This document shows positions 8,923-9,573 of a stretch of 9,573 nucleotides of DNA, piece after piece. Every line of letters begins with the position of its first letter. Position 1 is the stretch's first letter. Position numbers and translations under genes: made by a program. The stretch lies in sequence record OY723351.1; one strand, given 5' to 3'. The notes under the pieces are model-generated. The model ran no database searches and was not told the origin of the DNA. It was given only the letters and a program-made list of their open reading frames with translations.

Positions 8923-9048
8923 CATAATGGCTCTCAGAGGATATGGGGATACTCCCCGTAGGCCTCTCGGTAGCCCAGGATGCACGGAGGGACATTCCCT
9001 GTGGAGGTGATCTCCTCAGGTATCCCGTATGCCATATCCTGTCATTAG
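8923..9048. repeat. M module, copy 5
   Basis: Identical to M2 (offset 4420). Confidence 0.9.
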
Positions 9049-9067
9049 GTACCCATTCCGACCCATT

Positions 9068-9573
9068 CCATGTCATCAAATCATGTGTTTTCATGTCATC
9101 AAATGCATGCCAATACCATGATATCTGGTGTTACAGGGACTCCTCTAGATACCCATAGTACTCCATATACTCCCGTAATGGTGTAATGGTACCCGTAGCC
9201 CCCATGTCCTATATACCATAGGATACATGGTCTGCTGGTATGTATCTAGTAGTACTCGTTGCCTGTACCCCTCCGAAAGGGTCTAAATACACCATTTTAG
9301 GGGTCTAAATCACCCATTTTAGGGTCCTAAAAGTGCTCATGGGGGTACCCCCACGAGCCCTTTTTATGACCATTTCTGGGCTTGATTTGCGGACCCCTTT
9401 TGGGGGATTGAATCACCCGTTTTGGGTCCTCCAGAAAGGTGCCAAAAGTGGTCATTTTAGACACCCCAAATCATGTATTTGGACCCTTTTGGGGACCTCA
9501 TACCATGTCACCATCCTCTGTGCACATACCATGTATCTAGAGGATATGGTCTCCATAGGTATCATGAGGGATA
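9068..9573. repeat. R1v-P composite block, copy 3 (runs to the window end)
   Basis: Aligns with 1685-2189 and 6107-6611 (506 versus 505 bp). It has private variants such as ggggtctaaatcaccc, ttttgggtcctcc and ccatgtcacc. Confidence 0.9.

Larger units (their letters stand above)
5726..9067. repeat. Large direct duplication, copy B
   Basis: Collinear with 1303-4647. It ends at acccatt (9061-9067), after which the sequence follows 1685/6107 instead of 4648. Confidence 0.95.

Noticed and set aside
1469-9110. CRISPR-like appearance of a short exact repeat (K-box) recurring at intervals
   Set aside because: Spacing is about 200-230 bp or more, not about 30-40 bp. The intervening 'spacers' are themselves repeated module families. 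The repeat is 19 nt, and there are no cas genes or leader.
1-9573. Modules as transposons, IS elements or MITEs
   Set aside because: No transposase or integrase ORF is present. The modules have no terminal inverted repeats and no target-site duplications. All copies lie in one orientation and directly abut one another. This fits tandem amplification and unequal exchange better than transposition.
1-9573. Hidden genes under an alternative genetic code (TGA, TAG or TAA reassigned)
   Set aside because: All three stop triplets are frequent in all frames by eye, and repeat copies tolerate frameshifting indels. I cannot compute this exhaustively, so it is also listed as a check under the no-gene finding.

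Overview
I cannot support any protein-coding, rRNA or tRNA gene, CRISPR array or classical mobile element in this 9,573-bp window. The longest ORF is 147 aa. The ORFs overlap on both strands, have low-complexity composition, and recur only because the DNA itself is repeated. Indels between repeat copies shift their frames freely. The window is a head-to-tail mosaic of a few non-coding modules, named here for convenience. E is about 144 bp. P is about 340 bp, G/C-run plus A/T-run rich. R1 and its variant R1v are about 207 bp. Q is about 215-230 bp. M is about 125 bp with an internally base-pairable core. S is about 1.5 kb. Two segments, U1 and T, have no long match elsewhere. Modules are stitched together at an invariant 19-mer, catgtcatcaaatgcatgc (K-box), with 12 exact copies plus 1 variant. 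At the largest scale, 1303-4647 is duplicated in direct orientation at 5726-9067 (offset 4420-4423 bp). Copy B then jumps at 9067|9068 back into the R1v-P block. The last bases of the window run seamlessly, in repeat register, into the first bases, so the locus is either circular or part of a longer tandem array. Composition alternates between AT-richer alternating purine/pyrimidine DNA and GC-richer DNA full of A4/T4 palindromic motifs. Smaller features are a (CG)7(TG)n tract, a 12-mer x4 microsatellite and one strong 23-bp-stem hairpin. Source taxon and function cannot be determined from sequence alone. The architecture is atypical for a bacterial or archaeal chromosome. It resembles satellite, spacer or subtelomere-like DNA, or the non-coding part of a multipartite organelle or extrachromosomal genome (inference only).
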